Source of the DNA: Puniceicoccales bacterium
Lineage (GTDB): Bacteria; Verrucomicrobiota; Verrucomicrobiia; Opitutales; LL51
Length of the DNA: 64,000 nt
Direction: 5' to 3'
Assembly (NCBI GenBank): GCA_031255715.1
Contig: JAIRRZ010000007.1
Coordinates: forward strand, 272-64,271
Of the stretch, positions 51,143 through 61,575 are shown piece by piece. The notes under the pieces were generated by a model. That model was not told the origin of the DNA, did not search any database, and saw nothing but the letters and a program-made list of their open reading frames with translations. Each line of letters opens with the position of its first letter. Positions within the stretch are counted from its first letter, which is position 1. The position numbers and the translations under genes are program-made.

Positions 51143-51910
51143 ATGATTCCCATAAAAAGTCTTGAGGAAATTGAAAAGATGCGTTACGCTGGAGCAGTTT
51201 CTGCGGCTGTTTTGGAGGAGGTGTGCAATCATGTTACTGCCGGAATTTCTACGGCCGAACTGGATAATTTTGCAAAAAACGTAATGGAGCGCTATGGCGT
51301 GAGGAGTGCAACTTTTGGGTTTCGTTCGGGAAAGCGAGTTTTTTCGGGATACGGTTGTTGGTCCGTCAACGATGAAATTGTTCATGGATTGCCGTCGGAA
51401 AGAAAAATATTGCAGGATGGTGATATTATTAGTGTTGATTTATCAATGCATGTTGATGGGTTTGTCGGCGATAATACGCGAACAGTTGCAATTGGCGCAA
51501 TAAAGCTTGAAGTGCAGCATTTGATTGATGTGACTTACAAAGCTTTACTGGCTGGAATTGATGCTGCAAGGGCCGGGAATACGGTAGGTCACATTTCGGC
51601 TGCCATCCAGCGTTATGGGGATGAGAATAAGTTGGGTATTGTACGCGAATTGGTCGGACATGGTATCGGTTGCGAAATGCATGAGGATCCGCAGATTCCC
51701 AACTACGGTGTTGCGGGCCAAGGGCCTGTTTTAAAGTCAGGGATGACCTTGGCAATTGAGCCGATGTTTACGTTGGGAAGCGGAAAAATTTCTACGGATT
51801 CCGATGGTTGGACCATTCGCACCATTGACGGCTCTTGGGCCGCTCATTGGGAACATACCGTACTTATTACGGATAGTTTACCAGAAATCTTGACTTTGTT
51901 GAAAAAATGA
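51143..51910 (+). CDS. map: Methionine aminopeptidase type I
   Basis: Pita-bread metal ligands in context (DGDIISVDLS, VGHGIG, LAIEPM, EHTVLIT). Confidence 0.95.
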   Translation: MIPIKSLEEIEKMRYAGAVSAAVLEEVCNHVTAGISTAELDNFAKNVMERYGVRSATFGFRSGKRVFSGYGCWSVNDEIVHGLPSERKILQDGDIISVDLSMHVDGFVGDNTRTVAIGAIKLEVQHLIDVTYKALLAGIDAARAGNTVGHISAAIQRYGDENKLGIVRELVGHGIGCEMHEDPQIPNYGVAGQGPVLKSGMTLAIEPMFTLGSGKISTDSDGWTIRTIDGSWAAHWEHTVLITDSLPEILTLLKK

Positions 51911-51947
51911 TTTTCAAAAACTATATATTTGTGAGGGATAAATAATT

Positions 51948-52322
51948 ATGCCACGTTTAATTGGAGTCGATATTCCGAATAATAAGAAGTTGCCCTATGC
52001 CTTGCGGTATATCTATGGTGTTGGGGCCTGTCGTGCAGATTTGATTGTAGAGCAGACAGGACTCAGTCCGGATATGCGGGCGCAGGATTTGACAGAAGAA
52101 AATATTAATAAAATTACCGCCGTTATTATTGAAAATGGATGGAAGGTCGAGGGGGATTTGCGTCGGGAAATTGCTTCGAATTTGAAGCGTTTGCAAGCGA
52201 TCAAATGTTACCGTGGCGTTCGCCATTATCGTGGATTGCCGGTGCGTGGTCAAAGGACTTCGACCAATGCTCGTACACGTAAAGGGGCAAGAAAAACTAT
52301 CGGTGTAATTAGAAAGAAATAG
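51948..52322 (+). CDS. rpsM: Ribosomal protein S13
   Basis: [13 protein letters not shown] start, [10 protein letters not shown]. Confidence 0.97.
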   Translation: MPRLIGVDIPNNKKLPYALRYIYGVGACRADLIVEQTGLSPDMRAQDLTEENINKITAVIIENGWKVEGDLRREIASNLKRLQAIKCYRGVRHYRGLPVRGQRTSTNARTRKGARKTIGVIRKK

Positions 52323-52326
52323 CGAT

Positions 52327-52812
52327 ATGGCAGAAAATTTGGAGCTAAAAAATCCATCCTATGGGCAAACAACGGAAGTCGTTGATAAGCCGAAGGTGTC
52401 GGTGCAAGATATTTTGAATGACGGTGAAGCGGAGGTAAAAATTCGCAAGGCGAAAAATAGTAAGAATGTTTCACGCGGTATTTGCAGTATTTTGGCGACA
52501 TTTAATAATACGAAGGTTTGCTTTACGGATTTACAGGGCAATGTGGTTTCTTGGTCGAGTTCGGGTAAATGTAACTTTCGTGGTTCGCGAAAGTCGACGG
52601 CTTATGCGGCTCAGGTTGTGACACAAGAAGCTGGGCGCGTAGCGATTTCACATGGATTCAAAGAAGTTGAGGTAAAGGTAAAGGGGCCTGGTATGGGGCG
52701 TGATGCGGCGATTCGTGCCTTACAATCTCTAGGTTTGACGGTTAACACAATCACGGATATGACTCCAATTCCACACAATGGTTGTCGTCCTCGTAAGCGA
52801 AGGAGAATATAA
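52327..52812 (+). CDS. rpsK: Ribosomal protein S11 with about 30-aa N-terminal extension
   Basis: [12 protein letters not shown]..., [25 protein letters not shown]. Confidence 0.95.
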   Translation: MAENLELKNPSYGQTTEVVDKPKVSVQDILNDGEAEVKIRKAKNSKNVSRGICSILATFNNTKVCFTDLQGNVVSWSSSGKCNFRGSRKSTAYAAQVVTQEAGRVAISHGFKEVEVKVKGPGMGRDAAIRALQSLGLTVNTITDMTPIPHNGCRPRKRRRI

Positions 52813-52830
52813 TCTTAAATTTTTAAAAAT

Positions 52831-53439
52831 ATGTCTCGGTATACAGGTCCAAAAGCTAGAATTAATAGACGTTTCAATTGTGAAATTTTCCCTTCATGTA
52901 AGGCGGTTGAGCGCAAGCCGTATTTCCCAGGAATTCACGGTCCGAGGTTGCGTCGCAAAGTTTCCGAATACGGAATAGGGCTCAATGAAAAACAGAAATT
53001 GCGTTACATGTATGGTTTAACGGAAAGGCAGTTTCGTTTAACATTTAATCTGGCAAAGTCGGAGCGTGGTGTAACGAGTGAGTTATTTATGCGACTTTTG
53101 GAGATGCGTTTGGATAGTGTGGTGTATTTACTAGGGTTTGCTCGGACCCGTCGGGCAGCGCGCCAGCTGGTGTGCCATGGGCACATAATGGTGAATAATT
53201 TAAAGGTCGATATTCCCAGCTATCGGTGTTCGGTAGGAGATGTGATCGGCGTCTATTCTCATAATTCTTCCAAAAAGTATGTAACGCAGAGTCTTGATGA
53301 TTGCCGCTATCGCGCAGTTCCTGTGTGGATGACCCTTGATTCGATTGCCATGAAAGGAAAGATTGAACGGGAGCCAATTGCGGAAGAATTGGAGAAAAAG
53401 ATTAATGGTCAATTAATCGTTGAATTTTATAGTCGTTAA
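52831..53439 (+). CDS. rpsD: Ribosomal protein S4
   Basis: MSRYTGPKARINRR start, S4 domain. Confidence 0.96.
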   Translation: MSRYTGPKARINRRFNCEIFPSCKAVERKPYFPGIHGPRLRRKVSEYGIGLNEKQKLRYMYGLTERQFRLTFNLAKSERGVTSELFMRLLEMRLDSVVYLLGFARTRRAARQLVCHGHIMVNNLKVDIPSYRCSVGDVIGVYSHNSSKKYVTQSLDDCRYRAVPVWMTLDSIAMKGKIEREPIAEELEKKINGQLIVEFYSR

Positions 53440-53451
53440 GTTGGAGTCGCT

Positions 53452-54438
53452 ATGGTTAGACGTTTAGGAAAGTTTGAGTTACCAAAGAAGATGGTGCGCG
53501 TTGAAGAAACGGCCACAGATACTTATGGAATGTTTATTGCGGAACCCTTTGAGTCCGGTTATGGGCATAGTATCGGTAATTCTTTGCGTCGGGTACTTTT
53601 GTGTTCCATCGAAGCTATGGCGATTTCTTCGGTAAAAATTGCTGGTGTTGCCCATGAGTTCCAATCAATACCTGGAGTAGTTGAAGATGTCGTGAGTATT
53701 GTGCTTAATTTGAAAAAAGTTTTGTTAAAATCGAATTCGCGCGATACAATCAAATTGGTTATCGATGTTGAACGCGAAGGAATGGTAACGGCAGCTGATA
53801 TTAGGGGGAATGTTTTGGTTGAAATTGTTAATCCTGAACAAGTCATTTGTACGATCAATGAGAGACGTCATCTGCTAATGGAGATGGAAGCGGAAGTTGG
53901 CCGCGGTTATGCTTTGGCCGATGATCGAAAGTTTACAACAGAGATTGGTGTCATTCCGATTGATGCTTTATATAGTCCGGTAAAATTGGCTCGCTATTCC
54001 GTTGAAGATACGCGTGTCGGTCAAATGACGGATTTTGATAAGTTGATTTTGGAAATTTGGACGGATGGTAGGGTAAAGCCGGAGGATGCGCTCAAAGATT
54101 CTATTGCAATTTTAAGACGACATTTGGAGATATTTGACTCAATTAATAGTGAGATGGTTGAGTTTGAGGATGGTGCACGTCAGGCCAATGATGAACAGAA
54201 TCGCCTGAGGATTTTACTTAGCATGAGCGTGAATGAAATCGAGCTGTCGGTACGTGCAGCAAATTGTTTAAATAATGCAAACATTACGACCGTTGGTGAG
54301 CTGGTCATGAAAGGCGAAAATGATATGTTAAAATATCGAAATTTTGGTAAAAAATCTTTAACTGAAATCAAAAATAAACTGGAAGAGTTAGGGTTATCTC
54401 TAGGGATGAAAGTCGATGAGCATATGCTAAGTTGTTAA
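53452..54438 (+). CDS. rpoA: DNA-directed RNA polymerase alpha subunit
   Basis: GYGHSIGNSLRRVLL; C-terminal domain with ELSVRAANCLNNANI...NFGKKSL. Confidence 0.97.
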   Translation: MVRRLGKFELPKKMVRVEETATDTYGMFIAEPFESGYGHSIGNSLRRVLLCSIEAMAISSVKIAGVAHEFQSIPGVVEDVVSIVLNLKKVLLKSNSRDTIKLVIDVEREGMVTAADIRGNVLVEIVNPEQVICTINERRHLLMEMEAEVGRGYALADDRKFTTEIGVIPIDALYSPVKLARYSVEDTRVGQMTDFDKLILEIWTDGRVKPEDALKDSIAILRRHLEIFDSINSEMVEFEDGARQANDEQNRLRILLSMSVNEIELSVRAANCLNNANITTVGELVMKGENDMLKYRNFGKKSLTEIKNKLEELGLSLGMKVDEHMLSC

Positions 54439-54455
54439 TCTTTAATGGAAAAAAA

Positions 54456-54932
54456 ATGCGTCACAGTAAACATAATCATATTTTAGGAGTTAAGAAAGAG
54501 CATCGTAAAGCGTTGCTTGCGAATTTGGCGACAGCACTTATTACCCATGGAAAAATTGAGACGACTCTAGCAAAAGCAAGGGCGTTAAGGCCTTTTATTG
54601 AAAAGGTTATTACACTTGCAAAGCGGGCGAATCAAAGTGAAATTGGAGAGCAAAAGTTACATTTTCGCCGTCTAGCGATTGCACGTGTGCGCGATGTGAC
54701 CGCGGTGGGGATGTTATTTAATGAAAAGGTGTTGGAATTTTTGAAACGCGATGGTGGGTATACACGCATTTATAAATTGGTACCACGTCGTGGTGATGCA
54801 AGTAAAATGGCCATTATTGAATTGATTGCCGCCGATGATGTGGGTTACAAGAAGGCGAGGAAGAGAAAAACAAGAAAGGCTGGAATTCGCAAGAGTACGG
54901 TTGAGCAAGAGCCTGCCCTAAGTGCAAGTTAA
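54456..54932 (+). CDS. rplQ: Ribosomal protein L17
   Basis: MRHSKHNHILGVKKEHRKALLANLA start at ATG 54456. Confidence 0.95.
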   Translation: MRHSKHNHILGVKKEHRKALLANLATALITHGKIETTLAKARALRPFIEKVITLAKRANQSEIGEQKLHFRRLAIARVRDVTAVGMLFNEKVLEFLKRDGGYTRIYKLVPRRGDASKMAIIELIAADDVGYKKARKRKTRKAGIRKSTVEQEPALSAS

Positions 54933-54960
54933 TCCTAGTTATGATTTGGGAAAAAGTTTG

Positions 54961-56139
54961 ATGTCCCATAATGAATGGTTATGGGATTTTTTTATGAAGG
55001 AGCAGGCATTAGGGCGTTTATTAGCTAAAATTAATCATCTCGACCACGCGACGCTAGTATCATTGGTGCGCAAATTTTATCGTCAAAGAAATGTCTTTGA
55101 AAAAGTTATCAATGTTATTCGAGATGGTATTGTAATGATTGATCAGGGTGGTCGAATATTGCTTGTAAATAATGTGGCAGAGGAACTATTGAATGTGCGC
55201 AATTTACGGAATATGGTTCTATGGAAGTGTGCTCCTGAAATATTACAGCAAATTGATCTAGGACAAATTCAAGAAAAGTCAATTGTGGGCGAAATTCATT
55301 TGAGTTATCCGACGGAAAGGGTATTGCGGTTTTATTCGGTGCCATTTATTGCGGAAAAGGAATCCCAAGTCATTTGTATATTTTCCGACATTACGCAAGC
55401 TTTGGAACAGAAAAAAAAGGAACTAGAAGAGGAGCGAACTAACTCTATTTTACTACTTTCGGCCGGTGTTGCCCATGAAATTGGAAATCCACTCAATTCC
55501 ATTAATTTGCAATTGGAGTTGATGCAAACTTTTATTCAGGAACAAAATTTCGAGGAAATTTCGGAATCCGTAGCAGTTTGTAGGAAAGAAGTCGAGCGTT
55601 TACATGGAATTATTAAAAATTTCTTACAAGCAGTTCAGCCGGTTGCTCCAAATTTTTCCGATGCTCATTTATTAGAACTACTAAATTTTGTGATTAAATT
55701 TTTATCACCGGAATTGGATAATGCCGGTGTTCGCATTTGTCTAACAGTCGATGGAGATGTACCCATTGTTTTAGCCGATGGCGATCAAATGAAGCAAGTA
55801 TTTTTTAATATCATAAAAAATGCAATGGAAGCGATGACGCATAAAAAATGTTTATCGATTGGTGTGAGTAGTGACGATGATTTTGTCATTTTAAAATTTA
55901 CGGATACAGGTGTGGGAATTTCGACGGAACGATTGGGGAAAGTTTTTGAACCTTTTTGTACTTCTAAAAAACATGGAACGGGACTTGGTATGTTTATTGT
56001 TCAACGGATTTTGCGCAATCACCATGCAACGATTGCCATCGAATCTGAAGCCAATATGGGAACCACGATTACCATTAAATTTCCTCGTAAAGTTCATTTA
56101 CCACGAATGTTAGATTCAAATGATAGTCATCATTTATAG
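54961..56139 (+). CDS. Cytoplasmic PAS-domain sensor histidine kinase (no adjacent response regulator)
   Basis: H-box SAGVAHEIGNPLNSI, N-box FFNIIKNAMEA, G-boxes DTGVGIS and GTGLGMFIV. No TM segment. Start is ATG 54961, or GTG 54922 overlapping rplQ. Confidence 0.85.
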   Translation: MSHNEWLWDFFMKEQALGRLLAKINHLDHATLVSLVRKFYRQRNVFEKVINVIRDGIVMIDQGGRILLVNNVAEELLNVRNLRNMVLWKCAPEILQQIDLGQIQEKSIVGEIHLSYPTERVLRFYSVPFIAEKESQVICIFSDITQALEQKKKELEEERTNSILLLSAGVAHEIGNPLNSINLQLELMQTFIQEQNFEEISESVAVCRKEVERLHGIIKNFLQAVQPVAPNFSDAHLLELLNFVIKFLSPELDNAGVRICLTVDGDVPIVLADGDQMKQVFFNIIKNAMEAMTHKKCLSIGVSSDDDFVILKFTDTGVGISTERLGKVFEPFCTSKKHGTGLGMFIVQRILRNHHATIAIESEANMGTTITIKFPRKVHLPRMLDSNDSHHL

Positions 56140-56230
56140 GTAATATAATTTTTTGCTTCATTCTTAATATAGGTCATATTCTATTATTCTTGCTAAAAAT
56201 GGAAGCTTAGGAATAATTAAGGAAGATTAG

Positions 56231-58723
56231 ATGGTATCTATTTGGAGAAATTTTCTATTGTGGGGCATTTTTTGTGTCTTTAGTTTTAAAGTATGCGTTG
56301 GGGAAAGTGCACCAGAAAGCCGTAGTTTAATTCCGAATAAACCGGAGAGCTATAGGGAGAAACGGGAAAAAACAAGCGCGGAGATTACCTTTGAGGAACC
56401 CGTTTTTGTGCCATTGGAACATACGAGTGCCATGCGTTTGGAAACAATTTGTATGGTGAAATGCCTCGAAGATATTCACTATGCTCACAAAAAAATCAAA
56501 AATCTCGATGCTAAGAAAATTATCGAGGAGTATATCGAGCACATCGATAGTTACAAAATGCTTTTTTTGCAAAAAGAAATCGATGATTTCGGAAAACATT
56601 TTTCACCTTCTTTGGGAGCCTTTTTAAATGGAGGAAGCCTAGCTCCAGGGTTTTCAATTTACGATTGCTATCGTCAAAAAAGTCGCGATCGCGTCCTATG
56701 GATTTTGCAACGTATCGACCAGGATGAATTTGAGCTTTTTTCCGATGCTAATTTTGTTTTCGATCGTGAAAAAGAAAAGTTTCTACAAACTAAAGAAGAA
56801 CTCAGAAAACTATGGGAAGTTCGTCTCAACTTTGAAGTGGTTACTGAAATCATTTTGCAAGAGTCCTGTGAAAGAAAACAGGAACAGGCTATTATTGATG
56901 CTTCCCAGAAAAATAGAAAACGTTATTTGGAGAACTTTCTATCTGGGACAGTGGAGCGTAACAATCGACCGAAAGTTTTGAAACTTGATATGCCAAAACA
57001 GAAAAAATTGAAAATGAGTCGGGAAGTTGCCTTTGATATTGCGACCATTTTGAAGACAAATCGGAGTTTTTGTGAACCGCTATGTTGGAGTAATGTGTAT
57101 CGTTTTCATCTCGATGGGGGAAATGTGAAACTGCCATTGACCTTACCTGAAAAAATAGAACTCGCAAAAAAAAATATAAAACAACGCTATAAGAATCTAT
57201 TGCGCAATATTTCTCAGTTAGAGCCATGGGTTGTACAGGAACATTTTATCAATAGCATTTCGCGGACCTATGATCCCCATACTGTATTTATGTCCCATGA
57301 ATCCATGGAAGATTTGCGGATGGCGCTCCATCATTCTTTTGTTGGGATCGGAGCCTATTTAAGTGACGACAATGGTAGCTGCATCATTAGTGAACTGGTG
57401 CCAGGAGGTCCGGCCGCGCGCAGTGAAGACATCCAGGTTGGAGATCGTATCATTGCCGTTGCCCAGGACATTGAGGAGCCCATCGATGTTTCTAGTATGT
57501 TGCTCAATAAAATTTCTAAGCTGTTGCGCGGAAAAAAGGGTACAAAAGTTTTGGTAACCATTCGGCCGGCTGGGGATATTAGTGAGCAAAAAGTAGTGAC
57601 GCTAATCCGCGATGAGATCGAAATTACAGAGAGTCGTGCCAGTGCGAAGCTTTTTTCCATAGAGGAAAATAATCGGAAGGCAAAAATTGGCGTTCTCACT
57701 TTACCAAGTTTTTATGGTGATAATGAAAAAGATATTGGTACTTCTAATAGTGCTACCGATACAGTTGCCCTAATTCAGAAATTGAAAGCCAAAAATATTG
57801 ATGGCTTAATTCTCGATTTACGGAATAACAATGGAGGAATTTTGGAGCAATCCGTGCTCGTCGCAGGGCTATTCATTGATGGGCCGATTGTACAAGTTCG
57901 TGGGCAATGCGGGAATATCGACCGTCTCAATACAAAATCCAGTCAAATTTTTTGGGATGGTCCACTTATTGTACTTATTTCACGTATGACTGCTTCCGCT
58001 GCAGAAATTTTGGTCGGTGCACTTAAGGATCACAATCGGGCCATTATCGTAGGTGATAAAAGTACGCACGGCAAGGGAACGGTCCAGGTTTTACTTCCCA
58101 TGGAACAGCTTTTTTCTAAATTTAAGAACAAAGAAAGTTTAGGTGCATCGAAAGTGACCATTCAAAAGTGGTATCGTCCCCATGGCATTTCGACGCAAAT
58201 TAAAGGTGTAGAGGCGGACATTATTTTTCCATCCTTCGATGAGTTTTTGCCCATTGGTGAATCGAATTTGCCCCATGCGATCGGATGGGATACCATTGAT
58301 CCCGTAGAATTTTCTATTCAAGATAAGATTAAGGCTTCACAAATTCAGGAATTGAAGCATTTAAGCCAACAAAGACAGGAGTCTTTACCTGAATTTCAAC
58401 TTTTATTTGAGCGGATTGAAAGGCTTAAAAAAGTCACGATGACTAAGAGTAGTTCTACAAATTTAACAGTATGCCGTGCTGAAAAACTAAAAGAGGAGTT
58501 CATTCAACGCAACATTATTGCCCGGAAAGAAGCCTTGGACAAAAATAATTGTCCCACTGAGGACGTGTTACTTGACATAGTTGCCGAGCGCAATGCTGAA
58601 AAAGAAGTGGCATCAGGCAAGATCAAAAAAAAATCGAGGCCTTTCGATACCCATTTGAATGAAAGTTTGCGTATTATGGTTGATCTTTTGAACAATTATG
58701 AAAGTTTTGCCACAAATTCTTAG
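56231..58723 (+). CDS. prc: Tail-specific (C-terminal processing) protease, S41 family
   Basis: Signal-like N-terminus, PDZ (GIGAYL...VPGGPAARS..IQVGDRIIAV), LDLRNNNGG, SASAAEILVGALKD...GKGTVQ. Confidence 0.9.
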   Translation: MVSIWRNFLLWGIFCVFSFKVCVGESAPESRSLIPNKPESYREKREKTSAEITFEEPVFVPLEHTSAMRLETICMVKCLEDIHYAHKKIKNLDAKKIIEEYIEHIDSYKMLFLQKEIDDFGKHFSPSLGAFLNGGSLAPGFSIYDCYRQKSRDRVLWILQRIDQDEFELFSDANFVFDREKEKFLQTKEELRKLWEVRLNFEVVTEIILQESCERKQEQAIIDASQKNRKRYLENFLSGTVERNNRPKVLKLDMPKQKKLKMSREVAFDIATILKTNRSFCEPLCWSNVYRFHLDGGNVKLPLTLPEKIELAKKNIKQRYKNLLRNISQLEPWVVQEHFINSISRTYDPHTVFMSHESMEDLRMALHHSFVGIGAYLSDDNGSCIISELVPGGPAARSEDIQVGDRIIAVAQDIEEPIDVSSMLLNKISKLLRGKKGTKVLVTIRPAGDISEQKVVTLIRDEIEITESRASAKLFSIEENNRKAKIGVLTLPSFYGDNEKDIGTSNSATDTVALIQKLKAKNIDGLILDLRNNNGGILEQSVLVAGLFIDGPIVQVRGQCGNIDRLNTKSSQIFWDGPLIVLISRMTASAAEILVGALKDHNRAIIVGDKSTHGKGTVQVLLPMEQLFSKFKNKESLGASKVTIQKWYRPHGISTQIKGVEADIIFPSFDEFLPIGESNLPHAIGWDTIDPVEFSIQDKIKASQIQELKHLSQQRQESLPEFQLLFERIERLKKVTMTKSSSTNLTVCRAEKLKEEFIQRNIIARKEALDKNNCPTEDVLLDIVAERNAEKEVASGKIKKKSRPFDTHLNESLRIMVDLLNNYESFATNS

Positions 58724-59600
58724 GGAAGTATATCCATTTAAAAGCCATTTTTTGGATGTGGGGGGAGGCAATCGAATTCACTATGTCGATGAAGGCAAAG
58801 GTGATGCCATTGTTATGTTCCACGGAAATCCGACCTGGTCATTTTACTATCGTAATTTGATTCAGGAGTTGCGATCGACATTTCGTTGTATTGGGATCGA
58901 TAACATGGGTTGTGGATTGTCGGATAAGCCTCAAAAATACGCCTATCGCCTTGCTGATCACATTGCTAATGCACAGAAAGTAATTGAGCATTTGAAGCTA
59001 GGACGTTTTCATTTCGCGATGCATGATTGGGGCTGTGCGATCGGTATGGCGCTTGCGGAACGTTGGCCGGAGCGTATTGAAAGTCTAATAATTATGAATG
59101 GAGCGGCATTTCATTCTTCCCGAATTCCATTCCGCATTGCTCTGTGTAAGTTACCACTTGTTGGTGATTTGCTAGTTCGTGGATTGAATGCGTTTGTCCT
59201 TGGGGCGAATTTTATGGCGACGGCGAAGGGACTTGATTCGGTGATAGCAAAGGGCTACAGATTTCCATATGATTCATGGAAGAATCGCATTGCTTTAAGA
59301 AAATTTATAACCGATATTCCGCTTAATACCAAGCATTCATCCTGGGAAACGTTAACAAAAGTTGAGGATGCGTTATTTTTACTGAGTCAGAAAAAGATTT
59401 TGATTTTATGGGGTAACTGTGATTTTTGTTTTACGGAATGGTTTTTAGAGGAATGGAAAAAATTTTTCTACGGAGCCTACGTAGTGTGTTACGAGGAGGC
59501 GGGGCATTATGTTTTAGAGGATATGAAAAATGAGGCTATTGCAACCATTCGGAATTTTATGATATGTGCGAAAAAGCCTGATGTACTTTTGTATCCCTGA
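58698..59600 (+). CDS. Alpha/beta hydrolase, haloalkane-dehalogenase-like subfamily
   Basis: HGNPTWSFYYRNL and nucleophile-elbow HDWGCAIG motifs; the start overlaps the prc 3' end by 26 nt. Confidence 0.8.
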   Translation: MKVLPQILREVYPFKSHFLDVGGGNRIHYVDEGKGDAIVMFHGNPTWSFYYRNLIQELRSTFRCIGIDNMGCGLSDKPQKYAYRLADHIANAQKVIEHLKLGRFHFAMHDWGCAIGMALAERWPERIESLIIMNGAAFHSSRIPFRIALCKLPLVGDLLVRGLNAFVLGANFMATAKGLDSVIAKGYRFPYDSWKNRIALRKFITDIPLNTKHSSWETLTKVEDALFLLSQKKILILWGNCDFCFTEWFLEEWKKFFYGAYVVCYEEAGHYVLEDMKNEAIATIRNFMICAKKPDVLLYP

Positions 59601-59752
59601 CGCATGGTCATTTAGCCGGCCCCATAGCTATGCCGTTGGTTTGGACTTTCTAGATCGAGGCACTATGTTCTTTGTGAAGAGTTGCACGGAAGAAGGATTT
59701 CTTTTGCTATTGCGTGGTCGTATGGTTATTTATTCATTAAAGGTATAATAAA

Positions 59753-59786
59753 GCCCCGCCCGCGGCTTCGCCGCGGGCGGGGGGGC
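59753..59786. repeat. GC-rich hairpin element, copy A
   Basis: CCCCGCCCGCGGC-TTC-GCCGCGGGCGGGG (59754-59782): a perfect 13-bp all-G/C stem in an AT-rich intergenic region. Confidence 0.9.
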
Positions 59787-60187
59787 TAGTTAGATCCTGT
59801 GAATCAACATCGATCAAACAGAGCATTACCACATAGTTTGGGTTGCCTCTAGGTTTAGAAAATGGAGCCCTTGACGAAAAGTTTGATGGCGCGTTGCCCT
59901 TAGATTAGCCCAGAAAATGATTTTTTTTTAATTACAAAAAAAGCTTGACAGGAAATAAGTAACTAAAAAAGCTAGAGAACGTAAGAAGCAGGTAATCGGT
60001 GCGTCAAAAAAGTTGTTATGTTTTTAAATTTTCCGTTAGGTTATTTTCTCGAAAAATACGCTTTTCAGTGTTTGATGAAGAGAAAAGCCTTGAAAAAATT
60101 ATGGAAAAAATACCACTTTCATACATGTGGAGAATGAGAATGAGGAGTATTAGGTGGCTAAAAAAATTGTTATAATGAAATTTTTAA

Positions 60188-61558
60188 ATGATGTATTTTA
60201 AAGATCTAAATCCGGAATGTGATATTGGTGCTAATTGTCACTATGTGAAGGTTGGACCATTCAATATTGTTGTTGATGCGGGGATGAGCCCAAAGGAGAT
60301 CGGATTAAATGCACTCCCTGTTTTTTCTGAAATTCCATTGGGGTCGCTCGATTTTGTTATCGCAACCCATTGCCATTTAGATCATATCGGTGCGATTCCT
60401 ATTTTGATGCGTGATCAACCTCAGGCTCGGCTATTGACAACACCTCAATCTCGAGAACTTATGCCCATTCTACTCGAAAATAGCTATACCGTGATGAAAC
60501 ATCAGCGCAAGGAACTGGGCATTAGAGAATATCCTTTGTTCGAGTTAGAGGAAATTACCAAACTCAATGAGCATTTTTTTGAAATGAAATATGGTATGCG
60601 GCGTATATTCCGCAAAGATGATGATAAAATTGCTATCGAATTTTGGGACGCAGGACACGTATCGGGAGCGAGCGGTGTGATGATAGAATACAAACATCGG
60701 AAAATATTTTTTACGGGAGATGTGTTATTCCGCAAGCAGAAAATTCTTCCCGGTGGGCAATGGCCAAAAGAAAAGGTCGATACATTGGTCATGGAAACAA
60801 CGCGTGGAGCTACGGAACGTACGGAGCAAAAGCAAGTCTCACTGGAAATCGAGCGCCTCGTAACAACTATTCAACATACTTTGCAAAAAAAAGGATCCAT
60901 ACTCATTCCCACATTTGCATTCGGACGTACTCAGGAAATTTTAACTCTATTACATGAGGCGGTAAAAGCAAAAAAAATTGATAAAAAAGTACCCATTATT
61001 TGTTCGGGTTTGGGGTTAGCGATTGTGGATACTTTTGATGAAATTGCTAAAAAATACCCTTCATTAACGTTTCGCAAAAGCATTCTCAAAGACCTCGGCG
61101 TTGTTTCTTTGAATCGAATAAAGTATTTGAAGCCGGGCGATGAACCGGGGAAGCCCACAATTTTTGTAGTAAGTAGTGGTATGATGGTTGAAAATACGCC
61201 ATCCTATAATATTGCAGCATGCCTTTTGGGGAATGCGAAGAATAGTATCTGTTTTGTGGGTTATTGCGATCCAGACACGCCAGGCGGACGTTTGTTAGCG
61301 ACAGGCACAGGATCCAATTTTTTATTTTCGACATTAAATTATTCCACTTCTGTGCGTGCAAATATTGAACGCTTTGATTTGAGTGGCCATGCGGATCGCA
61401 ATGAATTATTACAAGCTGCTATTAATCTAGATCCTCGTACCATTGTTTTGACTCATGGCAATAAAGATTCCCGTAATTGGTTTTTCGATGAACTTCTTTG
61501 CAATGCCCCAAACATTACCGTTCTTAGTCCAGAGACTATGAAAGAATATAATATTTAA
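60188..61558 (+). CDS. Metallo-beta-lactamase fold beta-CASP family nuclease (RNA-metabolising type)
   Basis: THCHLDHIG (HxHxDH), WDAGHVSGASG, METTRG (motif A), DLSGHAD (motif B), VLTHGN (motif C). Confidence 0.85.
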   Translation: MMYFKDLNPECDIGANCHYVKVGPFNIVVDAGMSPKEIGLNALPVFSEIPLGSLDFVIATHCHLDHIGAIPILMRDQPQARLLTTPQSRELMPILLENSYTVMKHQRKELGIREYPLFELEEITKLNEHFFEMKYGMRRIFRKDDDKIAIEFWDAGHVSGASGVMIEYKHRKIFFTGDVLFRKQKILPGGQWPKEKVDTLVMETTRGATERTEQKQVSLEIERLVTTIQHTLQKKGSILIPTFAFGRTQEILTLLHEAVKAKKIDKKVPIICSGLGLAIVDTFDEIAKKYPSLTFRKSILKDLGVVSLNRIKYLKPGDEPGKPTIFVVSSGMMVENTPSYNIAACLLGNAKNSICFVGYCDPDTPGGRLLATGTGSNFLFSTLNYSTSVRANIERFDLSGHADRNELLQAAINLDPRTIVLTHGNKDSRNWFFDELLCNAPNITVLSPETMKEYNI

Positions 61559-61575
61559 CTGAGTCTGTAACATCC

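Noticed and set aside
59566-59748. A 60-aa ORF overlapping the hydrolase 3' end and running up to hairpin A
   Set aside because: No start context and no family resemblance; it overlaps a supported gene out of frame.
59796-59806. TGTGAAT near hairpin A as a possible inverted partner of the ATTCACA core of the 12-bp repeats near hairpin B (sub-terminal repeats of a cassette)
   Set aside because: A 7-mer match is expected several times by chance in 64 kb. It is not evidence for terminal inverted repeats.
60018-60137. A 39-aa ORF (MFLNFPLGYFLEKYAFQCLMKRKALKKLWKKYHFHTCGE) upstream of the beta-CASP gene
   Set aside because: No Shine-Dalgarno and no recognisable family; kept only as part of the non-coding-gap finding.
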